Part shown: one piece after another, positions 36,412-48,343 of the stretch
Layout of the letters: every line of letters starts with the position of its first letter
How positions within the stretch are numbered: position 1 is the first letter of the stretch
Assembly: GCA_963575745.1 (NCBI GenBank)
Contig: CAUYUJ010000042.1
Span: forward strand, 1-64,000
From: Prorocentrum cordatum
Lineage: Eukaryota
Length of the DNA: 64,000 bases
Reading direction: 5' to 3'
The notes under the pieces: generated by a model
Told to the model about the DNA's origin: nothing
The model's database searches: none
The model's input: the letters and a program-made list of their open reading frames with translations, nothing else
Translations under genes and position numbers: made by a program

Positions 36412-36824
36412 GCCGCCGTGTATGTATTTTCCCCTTGGCGGCCTCCGTCTGTTTGCGCCCCGGCTGCCGGGCATTTCGCCACTGGAAAGTCGTCTTGGCA
36501 TCCTCTGGCCTCGAGAAAGAGAACGCTCACGCACCTAGTGTTCAACGCGTTTTTGTTAGCTTCTGTCTCGGGGTTGGGCCGCCGTGAAGGTCGCGGGCTT
36601 GCATCGTGTCGGAGTGTTGTATCCGTGACCTTGTTGGCTCAAGCGCCCTCCCTGCTTTTAAGCTCCCTCCCTGCGGATCTGCACAGAGGTCTCGGAGAGG
36701 TCGGAGCCGCCGTGAATGTATTTTCTCCTGGCGGCCTCCGTCTGTTTGCGCCCCGGCTGCCGGGCATTGCGCCACTGGAAAGTCGTCTTGGCATCCTCTG
36801 GCCTCGAGAAAGAGAACGCTCGCA

Positions 36825-36881
36825 TTATGGTTTCTTATTCTCATTGCCATCGAAGACTTCGAGGGCTTTGACCAGTTCATA
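36825..36881 (+). repeat. Copia-A 5' LTR, right part
   Basis: Aligns to 44428-44484. Confidence 0.92.
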
Positions 36882-36882
36882 T

Positions 36883-36899
36883 TGGTGGCGGAACCTGGC
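36883..36899 (+). promoter_or_regulatory. Primer-binding-site-like sequence (TGGTGGCGGAACCTGGC)
   Basis: TGG starts one base after the LTR end and is complementary to a tRNA CCA end; tRNA identity not determined. Confidence 0.65.
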
Positions 36900-37087
36900 A
36901 AGCCAGGCTCACGTTTCGCCTTTCCATATATCAGCGACCTCTCTTTGGATCTGGTCGCCAACTTCATATGCAGCTCCGAGTTCCCAGCAGATCTCAGCGA
37001 CTTTACAGCAGATCTCAGAGGAGATTTTCACGTCAGTTTCTCAGCAGCCCACGCACACGATCCCACAGTCGGTTCCAACAAGGGCAG

Positions 37088-40000
37088 GATGTCCAAGCCG
37101 ATGGCGGACATGTTACCAGAGCGAGGAGTTCCACAGTTCGGCGGCACGCTCAGCAAATGGAGCGAATACGAGGAGCGGGCGACGGCTTTCATTGAAAAGC
37201 TCACGTTGGAGAAGAAGGAGGGCGAAGCAACTCTCATGCACATCGCAGGTCTCACAGGCGAAACTTGGGACGAAGCGGGGGATCTCTCAGCAGACGAGCT
37301 CATCAAGCCCAACGCGGCGAAGCAGCTCATGGCCAGATTACGGAATCATATTTCAATATGGACGACAGGACGGAGCTCGCGGACGACTTTGAGGAGTATT
37401 TCTTCAAGTTCAAGCGGCACGAGGGCGAGACACTGTTCGCCTGCATCTCATGAGTGCGCGCTGCAGAGCGCAAGCTCATGACGCACGACATCGAGCTACC
37501 AGCGAAGGTCCGAGGCTGGCTCGCGCTACGACGAGGAAGATACAGCGCGGACCAGAAGGCGGTCATCATGTTGGTAGTTGGCAATGGTATCACACAGCAG
37601 AACGTCATTGAGGCATTGGAGACAACATTCGGGCAGGAGAGCATCATGCACGAGCCGAATCACGCACGGAAGCAGTATTTCGTCGACGAGGACAGAGCAG
37701 AGTACTATGACGAGGAGTTCTACACTGGCGAGCCGGAGGACGAGCCAGACGACTACGACCAGACGTACTAGGCGGAGGATGACGAGACCAAGTACGACTG
37801 CGACGAGAGCAACTACCAGGGCGACACCAACACAGCGCAAGAGCTCGACCCAGGCGAGTACGACGAAGTCTACGCGGCCTACGCGGACGCCAGGAAGCGG
37901 TTCCACGACCTGAAGCTAGCACGCGGTCTCTACCCGGTAGTGGCCATGGTAGGTGGAAGCTCAGGCTCGGCCGCAGCATAAGCAGAAGACTCACCCGGGC
38001 GAGGCCGGTCAAGCAACACAGGCACCTAGGGGCGCGGCAAGTCCAATGGAAGAATGGGCAGCCCAAAAGGATCATCCCCTCCAGGCGCACGCAGCAGACC
38101 ACGACCTACGGCGTCGGACCCACTGGGAAGGGCATGGGCAGTTACGACGCCAGTTCCAACATCAACACCATCGGCCAACTGCCTACGACGCAGCACGCCC
38201 AGCCACTGCGCTTGGGACTGCGCCGAGCCACCCAGCGAGAGGCGGGCCCACGCCGGCGACAGCTTGATGGTCGACGAGGTCTACTGGGGCGACAGGTGTC
38301 ATAGCAAGGCCAACCCCCGCGCAATACCAGCAAGCAACGGACTCATGGACTGGAGCAACAACCCTCATGTCCGGCTCAGAGACGATCAAGGACAACGTGA
38401 GGGACTGCAGACAGAAGGGCTATCCCATCGAGGACCTAAGGTTCTAGATGTGCCGACGGCCTTTTCGGTTCGGCAACGGCAAAATGAAATATTCGCAGCG
38501 GCGCGGCACGATACTTGCCAGCTTCAAGCAGAGGTCAGGCGCGCTCTACATTTACGCGGTACCGGGGCGTCCGCCCATCCTCTTTCCGAGGCCGTTGCTG
38601 GAAGCGTTCGGAGTTCAGGTCGACTGCGCCAAGCAGACAGTCGCATGGAGCGGCGGCGAGTTCGAGGCCGCAACGCAATCACCCCAAGGACACTACGCGG
38701 GGGACCTACTAGAGGAGCTGGGCGGGAAGACGAATCGCCAAACGAACGACTTCGAGCACGAACCCGTCGATGCAGCGCAGTTCCTGGGCCCCTGCAACGA
38801 GACCATGAGCGGCCTAGAGTTGCCGGATGGCGCCTGCCTGGCGGACTCCAGCGAAAGCGGCGAACAGCAGGAGCAACCGCAACGGCGACCTCATACAGAA
38901 GGCTGTTCCCGACGCGTAGCACAGGCCAGTTGCTGCAAGGCCTACATGAACCAGTGGCAGTGTCGGCAGCATTCCTCACGTGGCAACCCGTGCTTCACTG
39001 CGACAGCCATCGCGCCAGTCGACGCCACGCTACCGGAGTCATGCTGGTGCCCGCTGTCACTTGCAGCGGGCGAAGTCATTTTCAGCGCCGACGACGGCCC
39101 CGACGACGGCGTCAGGCAGATTTCGACCAACTTCGTTCAGAGGATCGCCTCAGCCGTCAAGCACGCCAGAGAGCAGCACTTACAGACCATGCGGAGAGTA
39201 GCTCACCAACGACGCACTACGTGGCGGACGATATGGGAAGTCTTCGCTGGAGAAGCCAGACTTTCACAAGCACTTCGAGATCTAGGAGCACGCGCGGAGA
39301 CGGTTGGACTCAACGCTGGCTGGGATTTCGCAGAGGCGGACCATCAGAAGGCATTCCTCAAGAAGCTGACGGAGGAGCAGGCTGACGAGGTTCATCTGTC
39401 ACCAATATGCGGACCCTGGCCCAGCGTGCAGGAGCTCGACATTCACCGGCGCCCTGGTTGGAAGGAGTGCCTCACCGAGCTTCGAGAATGGCGTCATCGA
39501 GTGCATCTACAGTTCGCGGCTAAATTGCATCGCGTACAGCAGCAAGGAGGGCGGCATGCTCACATCGAATATCCAGCTGCGTCGAGGGCGTGGCATGCTG
39601 CGGCGTTCAGCCGCCTACACGGCGAACACAGCACAGTCGACCAACGCACGCGCGGCCATGCGATCGAGGGCAGCGCGAACATGGCCAAGAAGCCGACAAC
39701 GCTTGAGACGACCAAGAAGCTCATGGCAGCTGTACTCTACGAGCGATGCGACAGATCACATGGGCACGACTTACTGGAGGGACGAAAGTCCACAAAACCC
39801 GCCGAGGACTACCCGTTCATCTTGGCAGCGACGATGGCGCAAGTCATGGTCGAGCCGGAGATGGAGGACACCTGCGCAGCGGAGGACTCAACGCAATCGG
39901 AGGAAGGTGCCAAGCCCGAGCGCTCGGGCTCCAGTCGTGAGGCTCACGAGCACGCGCGCCTACGAGAGCAGGCCCCGACCCAGCAGTACGGCATCTTTTA

Positions 40001-43000
40001 CATCAACAGGCAGGCGCCCAGGACAACATCCCACAGTGTGCATCGGAGTATCGGCGTGGACACTGCATGACCAGACAGCGCCCACCAAACGCACCCAATG
40101 CGTCAGCGAAGCAGGCCGCCGAGTTCAACGAAATCGTCTATACGGACGTCTTCTGGATCCAGAATAGTACCGGCAAGACGGCAGTTCTTTCGATGATAGA
40201 CGGGGGCACGCGCTTCTGTGCACTACGTACCACCAAGACCGAGACGGCAGAGGAGCTGCTCAAGGCAGTTGAGCACGGCTGGATCAGGCCAGTTGGACCC
40301 ATGGGAGAATTGCGGATAGACGATGGTTCAGGTTTTGCTTCAGATCGTGTTACACAGTTTTTAGAACAGCATAGCATGTCGATCGTTATTGCAGCAGGCG
40401 AGGCGCATTCCAGTCTGGGAGTTGTGGAACGTCGGCATCAAGTTGTTCGAGAGGCGGTGGAGCTTTATTGCTCAGATGTTAACGACCGTGGCGCCAGGGC
40501 GGCTATCGCGGAGGATTTGATTGCGGAGGCATGTCTTTATGTACCTCGGCAGGTCAATCGCTCGCCTTGCATAAAAGGGCTATTCACCATGCCAGTGGGT
40601 TTTGGGAATGGATCCAACTACTACCATGACTAACAAGTTCTCACCAGCGACCCTGTGCCGGGACTTCAACGGCGGCATCGGCGCGCGTGAAGGCGGACGC
40701 CCGGGCCAAACTGCGACGTGCACATCTGCGGCGTCACGTTGCCCTCAAGCGCGATCTCGCGATCGGCCAGCGGCGCTGCTACTGGAGAGAGGGTAAGACC
40801 AACGGGCCCATCAAGAACAAGCTGAAGGGACCCACAACCCTTGCCTTCAAGGGGATGAGGCAGGACGAGAGCGGACCGAGGATCTACTGGATCGTGCGCG
40901 GCGCAAACCTACTACGCTCTGCCCCAGAACGCGTTCGACCAGATGTTCGCGATCATGGATGCGTTCTCCTGGAGAATCTTGCGCGGGCCAAGGGGGCGCT
41001 CGGCAACGTGGGGGGGGCCGGGGTCACGCATTTCCACTATGTCAGTTCACAGCAGCAGCCGTTTCACGCGCCAGGGGACTCGGACATGGACATCAGCGAC
41101 GACGATGGACCAGGAGACGAGACACCGCCAAAACGACAGAGGGGAGCACCATCTACTGGAGCAGCAGCTTCGGCAACGACAGAGGTGGCACCGCCACTCT
41201 CCCCCAGTGCAGGCATGCCCATCACTACAGAGGACGAGCCGATGGACGTTCCCGGCGCGCCTCAACAAGGAAGACAGCCAAGCGATGGACAACCGGGTCA
41301 AGGACCAGTACCACCGACACCCCCACCTCAGACTATGGAACCACCACACAGTCAACGACGCCACCAACCACGCAGACACAGTCACCACTACCTCCAGTTT
41401 AGCGCCTGCCACCAACACCAGCGCCATCTACGTTGGGACCAGTGTCGGCAGCCCCGTCGAGTTCACTAACGCCGGCCCCAACATCGGCTACGGCGAGTTT
41501 GGAGTTAAGGGAAAGCCGCAGGCGATTGGACGCAGCAGAAGCTTCCATCTTCACCCGACCTGTAGGAGTATATCGAGGACCGCCATTATCAGCATCAACG
41601 GCAGAGTCTCAACCAGTAGGAGACGACAGCGCAGACGACGAGCTCGCAGCCATGCAGCTCATGTTAGAGGACAACGACTTACCAGTCGGATGGGAGTTCG
41701 ACAGCAATGCAACGAAGCTCAATGACATCTACGCCGAGATCAGCACCAGGACCATGACGCCACGCGAGCGAGCAGCATTCATGGATGGCCAGCGGAACGA
41801 GCTTGAGGAGTTTTTCGGAAATGAAGTTTGGGAGTTTCATAAGCCTACCGGAGACGAAGACCCCAAGCGCATCCTGAAGGCCATGTGGGTATTGAAATGG
41901 ACCAAGAACGATGACGGCGCGCCGAGGGCCAAGGCGCGTCTCTCGTGCTACAAGGCTTTAACGACCCAGACGCACTCGACCGCAAGGTACCGACGGCATC
42001 ACCTACAGCGTCTCAGTTGGGACGTCAATTGGCTGTGTTACTGGCAGCTATCAACGGATGGAGATCGTGGGCAGCGGGCGCGGCAGCCGCATTTATACGA
42101 GGACGGCCGCAAGAACGAGTACTCTACGCCAAAGTTCCGCGAGATGCCGCAGACCTCATGGGCATCGAACCGGGCGCGCTCATGAAGCTGATCAAGCCGA
42201 TGCACGGACAAGTGGGCGCGCCACGACGTTGGTGGCAATGAGCTGGTGACGACCGCAAGGCCAGCGGGCTCGAGCAGCACCCCCTGGACCCATGCCTCTT
42301 CGTTAGCTACGATACAGACGGCAACTGCGACGCGTTTCTCCTACCCCACGTAGACGGCATGCTCGGGGGAGGAGATCGCAAGCTCGGCAGCAACTACAGC
42401 AACATCAGCGAGGCAGCCAAGTGCAAGTTGAAGCTTCGGAAGTGGATCGAGGATGACAAAATGGAGCATTGTGGATCGGACCTGCGCCAGTCCACTCACT
42501 GGGGCAACAAGCACTCCAGCGGCACTGAGATCAACATCGCGATGCAATCCTACGCCTCAAACCTCAAACCGATCGCGATGGGCCAGGGGGGCGGCGACAA
42601 CGACCGACCGCTCACGCCAGAAGAGGCACGCCAACTTCGAGGACTACTTGAAGCTCTACAGTGGCCAAGTTCGCAAGCGTGCCCACATGCGTCAGCGTCA
42701 GTCAGCATTCGCCAAGGACAGCTTCCAACGGCGACGATGGCTACAGCAAGAGAGGTAAAGAATACGCTAAGGTTCTACGAGCAGACCAGGTCAGCGACAT
42801 CGTGCTCGTAGCGATGGCAGATGCAGCTTGGGGAGTACGACAAGACGGATATTGTCCAGGAGGAAATTTGATGAGGGCATGTCATTTGAAAGTACTTGAC
42901 GGCAAGGATTCAGAGGTATGCGTTCTTGGTTGGGAATATTTCAAGTTGATGAGACTAGCCAGGTCACCGCTACACGCGTAATCCCAAGCAGCGGCAGCAG

Positions 43001-43900
43001 GCATGGACGCACTAGAATTTGCGAAGTGATTCGGGGCAGCTCCCATCTACGACAACGTGAACGTCGACACTGACCAGATCACGCACAATTCAGGAGAGTC
43101 AGTACTCGTGATCGACGCGAAGGCACTCTACGACGCAACCAAGAGGGAGAGCGCCACCATCTTCCAGGACAAGCGCACCGGCATCGAGGCAATGGCACTA
43201 CGAGAGCGGATGGGTGCTACGCAGACGCAACGGAAGCGGCTCTCATCAGAGCGGCAGTGCGCGGACGGTCTCACAAAGCTAGCGGCAAGACAACTCTTCG
43301 CATACAGACTTCGAGCGGGGCGACTTCAGCTACAACGCGACCCTACCTATTCGGCAGCCAAGAAGAAGACCAAGGAGGAGCGATATGAGATTATTAAGAA
43401 GAGCAAGATGGAGACGTCATCCGCTACTGAGGGGAGATCACCACTCATGCAGTTGGCGGTCGTTGCGACGCGTCGTTGCAAGTCGGCGGCGACCTACGCT
43501 CCAGAGTTCGACTGCCACACAGAGTATAAGCACTACTATGATGAGATAGCGAAGTGTTCGTGGCTTTCTGTAGGCGTCTGGGGTGCATCAATGTTTACTA
43601 TGATTGGAATGGCAGCGGCAGTTCCAGCAGTCTACCATATTGAGAGAGTTTACGGAGCATCGAGACGACTCCAGTGTGAAGTACCAGACTGAGACAATCA
43701 ACAAGCATGAGACGACCGAGGAGACAGCGACGACCAGCATCCATCGACAAGGAGACGACCATCCACCTCAAGAAGACGAGCAGCAACCACAAGCTGGTGC
43801 GACGGCGGACGGTCGGCGTCCAGAGCATGGCGCTGCAGGGAGATCAATGGCGATTCTGTCGCAAGGTGAATGGATTCAAGCGATCAGGCGAAGTTTTTAG
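37088..43900 (+). pseudogene. Copia-A Gag-Pol remnants: gag, degenerate zinc knuckle, protease, DNMT-like (about 39230-39820), integrase (about 40080-40630), RT (about 41750-42800), RNase H (about 42810-43320)
   Basis: FRFGNG; WEVFAGEARL..SPICGPW..HIEYP; YTDVFW, IDGGTRF, RIDDG, GVVERRH; WVLKW..AKARL; ADAAW, IDAKALYD, ADGLTK; many stops and frameshifts. Confidence 0.9.
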
Positions 43901-44278
43901 GGGAGGCGACCGAACCCAATCAGTGGCAGGACGGCTGCCATTGGACAGCAGACGACAGTCCCAAGGGCTTCGGTGAGTGAGCCAACGCACCAACGCAGCT
44001 TCATATTTTCTTTGCACGCTCAGTTTGTATTGCTAGTGTGCGCGTTCCATATTCAGTTTGCTGACGCAAGTTTGCATCCCATATTCACGCAGTTGCACAT
44101 GTCATCTGTATCTTGCAGGCGCGAGTTTGCATTTCATGTATGCCGTTTGTTTATGCCCGTTTGTTTGTGCAATATTCGGCAGCTTGTGCAGAAGATGTTT
44201 AACTTGTGGGTTTCCGAATTTCATATCTTATCTTAAAGAGAGGGCTTCTCTCTGCTTTGATTTTTGTTCTCTCACCTT

Positions 44279-44484
44279 TGTGATATATGCGCTGTACATC
44301 CTGTGTGTTGTGCAGATTGTGCAGAGCACGACGGTAGCATAGCGAGCGTGCCATTGCACTTTGACTCACAACTTTTCAGGGCCATTGAGTCAGCGCAGCA
44401 GCGGTGTGGAAAACATCTCAGATGTTCTTCTGGTTTCTTATTCTCATTGCCATCAAAGACTTCGGGGGCTTTGATCAGTTCATA
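44279..44484 (+). repeat. Copia-A 3' LTR (uninterrupted)
   Basis: About 17 mismatches by eye to the reassembled 5' LTR. Confidence 0.92.
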
Positions 44485-44649
44485 CCGGGGGTGCCCAGGC
44501 CGTGCAGAGCGGCCGCCATGGAGGCCCGAGGTTGTGGCCCGGAAACCACATTTTCGGCGGGGCGGCCGGTGGGGGAAGTGAGGAGGCGCATCCGGCCCCC
44601 GGAGACCGGGGCACGGATAAACCGGGACACGCAGCACCAATCGACTTAA

Positions 44650-44820
44650 CGTAAGAGTGACTCTTCGCCGGAGTGACCTCTGGTGCGGGCACACTAGGGT
44701 TTCCCAATCGCCGAAATCGATGCGCTGGTAGCGTCTTGCGCGCCTGTGTTTGGTCACCCCGCGGCCCCCCAAAAAACCGCGCATTAAAGGTCACTTTTGC
44801 CCAGGGCCACTTTTACCCGG
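44650..44820. mobile_element. MITE family H (GTAAGAGTGAC ... GTCACTYTTAC); second copy at about 46772-46935
   Basis: Two dispersed copies sharing tagcgtcttgcgcgcctgtgtttggtc. Confidence 0.7.
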
Positions 44821-45858
44821 AGACGGTGACAGGGATAAACAACTTTGTATATATTTTGGCATTTTTGGCACTTACGCATGTTATAAGCTAGTCTTAGCTA
44901 CGCCGCAAACCCGTTATGACAGTGTGGTAACGTATCCATGAATATGTTATGATCTGTATAGAACGTCATAAAGCCGACTGGTGATACAACGAATTGTAAC
45001 ATTGTGTTACCTTGTTGTTATACATGTTTTAACGAAACCAACATAATTCGCATCGGGGAAATTACGCGGAATTGTAAAACGAAATACGGCCCAGTTACAC
45101 AGAGCACCAAGGAAACGACAGCCTTTCATGCAGAGTCACAGTTTTCAGTACTCCCGTGCATTTTTTGGTTTGCTGCGCTGCAGGATTCGGGTTGGTGTCC
45201 GGGTTCAAGCGAGTCTTGCAGGTTCTTAGGGCCTGTGCCCGGGTTTAATTGTTGGAAGTGCTGCAGTGCAGCATTTTGTGCGTGCCGCCGTCTGGGAAAA
45301 TGGATTTCGAAGGATGTTGGGCCTCCGGGTCCAGCTTGTCCAGGTTTACGGGGCTTTGAGAGCAGAGCTCCTCAGAAGGCGTTGGGCCTCCCGGAAGCCC
45401 CCGCGCCCTCCCAGAGAAGTGCTCGGAGCCTGCACGCCGAGGGCGCAGGGAGCTCCTCAGAGGGCGCGGCGAGGGCGTCTGAGGAGCCCGGCCGCGGGCG
45501 GCGGCCGCCCTCTGAGAGGGCCTGCGCCCTCTCGCTTCCCCCTCGGCTCGCCGCCGATTCCGGGGCAACGTCAGGGGCGCCAGGCTCAAGTCGGGCGTGT
45601 CCCTCTACAGGGGGAATATTCAAAAATGGTAACAACTAATCGGGGGACGATATGTTGATCATTTTTTGAGCATTTGGGGGGTATTTTTGGAGTATGTTTT
45701 CATTTGTCGTCCAAAATCCCCCCGTAGGGGGACACGCCCGACTTAACGCTAGGCTCAGGGGGGAAGGCATCGACCCCCAATCGCCCCTTCATCGCCGATA
45801 GTGGCCCGAGAGGCCCACCCCGCCCAGGACTGGGCGGAGTCGGCACATCGAGGGCTTG

Positions 45859-46034
45859 CAGTCAGCCCGCATGGGAAGCGAGGCTGAGCGACTCTCCAAG
45901 GCTACCCTTAGCAGCCTTGCCCCTTCGGCCCATCCCTGGCGACTCTCGCTAGCCAACCTCGTTCGAAAAACGTTCACACGGGCCTCCAAAGCCCTTGCAT
46001 CCTCACCGCGCATCCCTGCTATACCGGCTGGCTG
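45859..46034. mobile_element. MITE family B copy
   Basis: cagtcagcccgc ... ccggctggctg-ta. Confidence 0.75.
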
Positions 46035-46268
46035 TATCGCCGACCAAACGGCGATGCATCGCCGATTCTGGTTCGATCTTTCTCCCTTTCTTCGGTTCCC
46101 CCGTGCTGTTGCCCCTCAGGTCTGGGCCGCAAGGGGGCGCCAGGCGACGTGCCGCGGCGCGCCGCGGCTGCTGTGCGCCGCCAGGCGCCCCGCGTCGTGG
46201 GCTCTGGCTCTCTCGGGATCGCTCGCGCGGTGCGCAGCGACCTGGAGGATTCGAAGAAGAAACGTTTA

Positions 46269-46416
46269 GCCTAAGCAGACACTGTTTGGCGCTCCGCGCG
46301 GACTTCTTGGATCCGCGCTGGGGCCCCCCGGCGGCGCCTCCGGCGCCGCCTCTGGCGCGGGGGCCCAGCGCAGATCCAAGAAAGGCGCGCGCACCGTCGA
46401 ACGTGTCTGTTTGGGC
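46269..46416. mobile_element. Palindromic MITE family E (GCGCTCCGCGC.GATTTCTTGGATCCGCGCTG); related copies at about 26100, 27058, 47695 and 49350
   Basis: Near-perfect hairpin: cttggatccgcgctg ... cagcgcagatccaag. Confidence 0.75.
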
Positions 46417-46429
46417 CGTCTTTTCGTCG

Positions 46430-46676
46430 TCCACTGGAGGATGGCGACTTCGCCTCGTCGTCGTCGTCGCCCGAGGCGCTTCCACTGGAGGACGCAGCGG
46501 GTGAGGTGCTCCTCGTGGACACAGGCGACGTCGCCGCGCACCACGGCGCCGAGGGCCCCGTCCAGGGCCCCCCGCGAGAGGCCGCGCGCCCCGATCTGTC
46601 TGGCCGTGCAGGCGTCACGGGCATCCGTGGGGTGTCCCGGCGTGTGGACACCAAGACGGGGGGCATTTCCTACCAG
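46430..46676 (+). CDS. Putative exon ending ...GVTGIRGVSRRVDTKTGGISYQ
   Basis: GC3-rich frame, CAG|GC donor; 5' boundary uncertain. Confidence 0.5.
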
Positions 46677-47081
46677 GCCTTGATCTCGGGACGATCGAAG
46701 TGGTGACGGGAAGAAGGGGTGCAAAGACCGGCAGCCTTTCTTGCCCTTTTTGGGCAGGACTCTCGATTGCAAGTAAGAGTGACCTTTCGCCGGAGTGACC
46801 TCTGGTGCGGGCCCAATGGGGTCCCCCGATCGCCGAGAGCGATGGGGCAGTAGCGTCTTGCGCGCCTGTGTTTGGTCCCCCCGCGGCCCCCCCAAAGCCG
46901 CGCACCAAGGGTCACTCTTACCCAGGGTCACTCCTGCGTGTAGCCGAGACTCGCTGTCGGTGTCGCCGCGGATTGCGTCCACTTGAGACAGAAGCCCGTC
47001 AGCCCAACAGCGGCCGCTGTCGGTAGGGACAGCCTTTATTGTTGGACACTGTACCCATTTTTGCCCGTACCCATGTCGGGC

Positions 47082-47606
47082 GTCCAAGTGATCGTGATCT
47101 CGTACGTGTGCGTCCGGACGGGGTACTCGCAGAACATCCAGACCGCGATTGATCAGCACATTGCGCTGTTCCAGCTCAAGGACAGTGTCGAGAGCGCCCT
47201 GCGGTCCGAGGCCCCCGGCGTCTGCCCATCGCAGACGGCTGCGTTCGAGCATGCGATCTCCAGCGTGTTCGGAGAGGCGGTCCAATCTACACTGGCCAGA
47301 TGCAAGGTGTCCTTCTCCATCGACATGCGGGCTTTCGGCATGAAGGTGAGCACCCTCACGACGACCAGCCTGCCCGAGGTCCTCGGCCACCGCCGCCAGC
47401 TCCTGGGCGCCAGGGAGACCGGCGAGCAGGCCTTCGCCGCCGAGCTCGAGCGGGTGCTGCAGTCTGCGCGCGCCCACGTCTACAAGCGGAGCCGGCAGCT
47501 GCGGCCCGACGAGGCCGAGCGCCTGGTCCGGTCCATGCTGGAGGGGGCCCTGGAGCGCCGGCAGCGGCGCGAGGAGCGCCTGCGCGAGAGCCGGCGGCGG
47601 CGCCAG
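47082..47606 (+). CDS. Putative large exon of the J-domain gene (globular segment then coiled coil)
   Basis: Strongly GC3-biased, protein-like VIVISYVCVRTGYSQNIQTAIDQHIAL...SFSIDMRAFGMKVST...; CAG|GA donor; acceptor unclear. Confidence 0.7.
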
Positions 47607-48133
47607 GAGCTCCGAGGTAGAAAAGGTACCCATACCTCTACCCTCCGTCGCTCGTTTTCCCCTTTTTGGGCCTCCCGGGCGGCCCTCGTCACCACCGCTG
47701 GGCCCCCCCCGGCGGCGCCTCGCGCCAGGGATGGAGGGGGGTCAGCGCAGATCCAAGAGATCCGCGCAGAGCGCCAACAGTGAATGGTTATGCCGTTGCT
47801 TCTTCTTCGACAAAGCGTGCCCATGTCGCTATTCCCCGGACCTCTCTTGGGGTGCGTTCTGATTCGGATTTCGAGGCGAAGCCGACGGTGGTGACGACGC
47901 CCAGGAGGCCCCAAAAAGGGAGCACGAGCGAAGGGTATCAGGAGGGAAAGAAACACACAGACACCATTAATCGTCGATTCTCTAGAAAATATTTGAAATA
48001 TAGGAAGTGGGGGGGAAGACAGAAACCAAGAAAATATGCGAAACTATGGGGAATCTGTTTATTTGTGTGTATTTATTTGCGTGTGCTTGGGCCCCTTCAG
48101 GGTAGCGGTACCGGTGCTCGTTGGTTTCTCCAG

Positions 48134-48343
48134 GAGCGGCGCCTGCGGCACGCGCGGCTGCTCGAGGCGCGGGCGGCGGCGCGGCGGGAGCGGCTGGCGG
48201 CCCACTGGCGGCGCGCCGCGGCGCGCGCCGAGCGGCTGGCGGTCGAGGCGGGCCAGCGCCGGGCGCGGGGCGCCGCGGCCGCCGGGCGCGCGCGGCTGGA
48301 GCTCCGCCGCCGCGCGCTGAAGCAGCGCCGCGAGGCGGCCCAG
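48134..48343 (+). CDS. Putative Arg/Ala-rich coiled-coil exon
   Basis: ttctccAG|G acceptor, phase 0 with the previous exon; ERRLRHARLLEAR...; CAG|GT donor. Confidence 0.6.

Larger units (their letters stand above)
30438..36824 (+). mobile_element. Tyrosine-recombinase retrotransposon (DIRS order; split direct repeats A1-ORFs-B1-A2-B2) with C5-DNMT-like domain
   Basis: A1 about 30438-30551, B1 about 36397-36533, A2 about 36534-36645, B2 about 36691-36824; gag, RT, RNase H, YR and MT motifs. Confidence 0.93.
30289..44484 (+). mobile_element. Ty1/Copia LTR retrotransposon 'Copia-A' with DNMT-like domain, decayed; 5' LTR interrupted by a YR element
   Basis: 206-bp LTRs (30289-30437 + 36825-36881; 44279-44484); flanks CCAGG/CCGGG form an imperfect 5-bp TSD; TGG-starting PBS-like site; gag-PR-MT-IN-RT-RH order. 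Confidence 0.92.
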
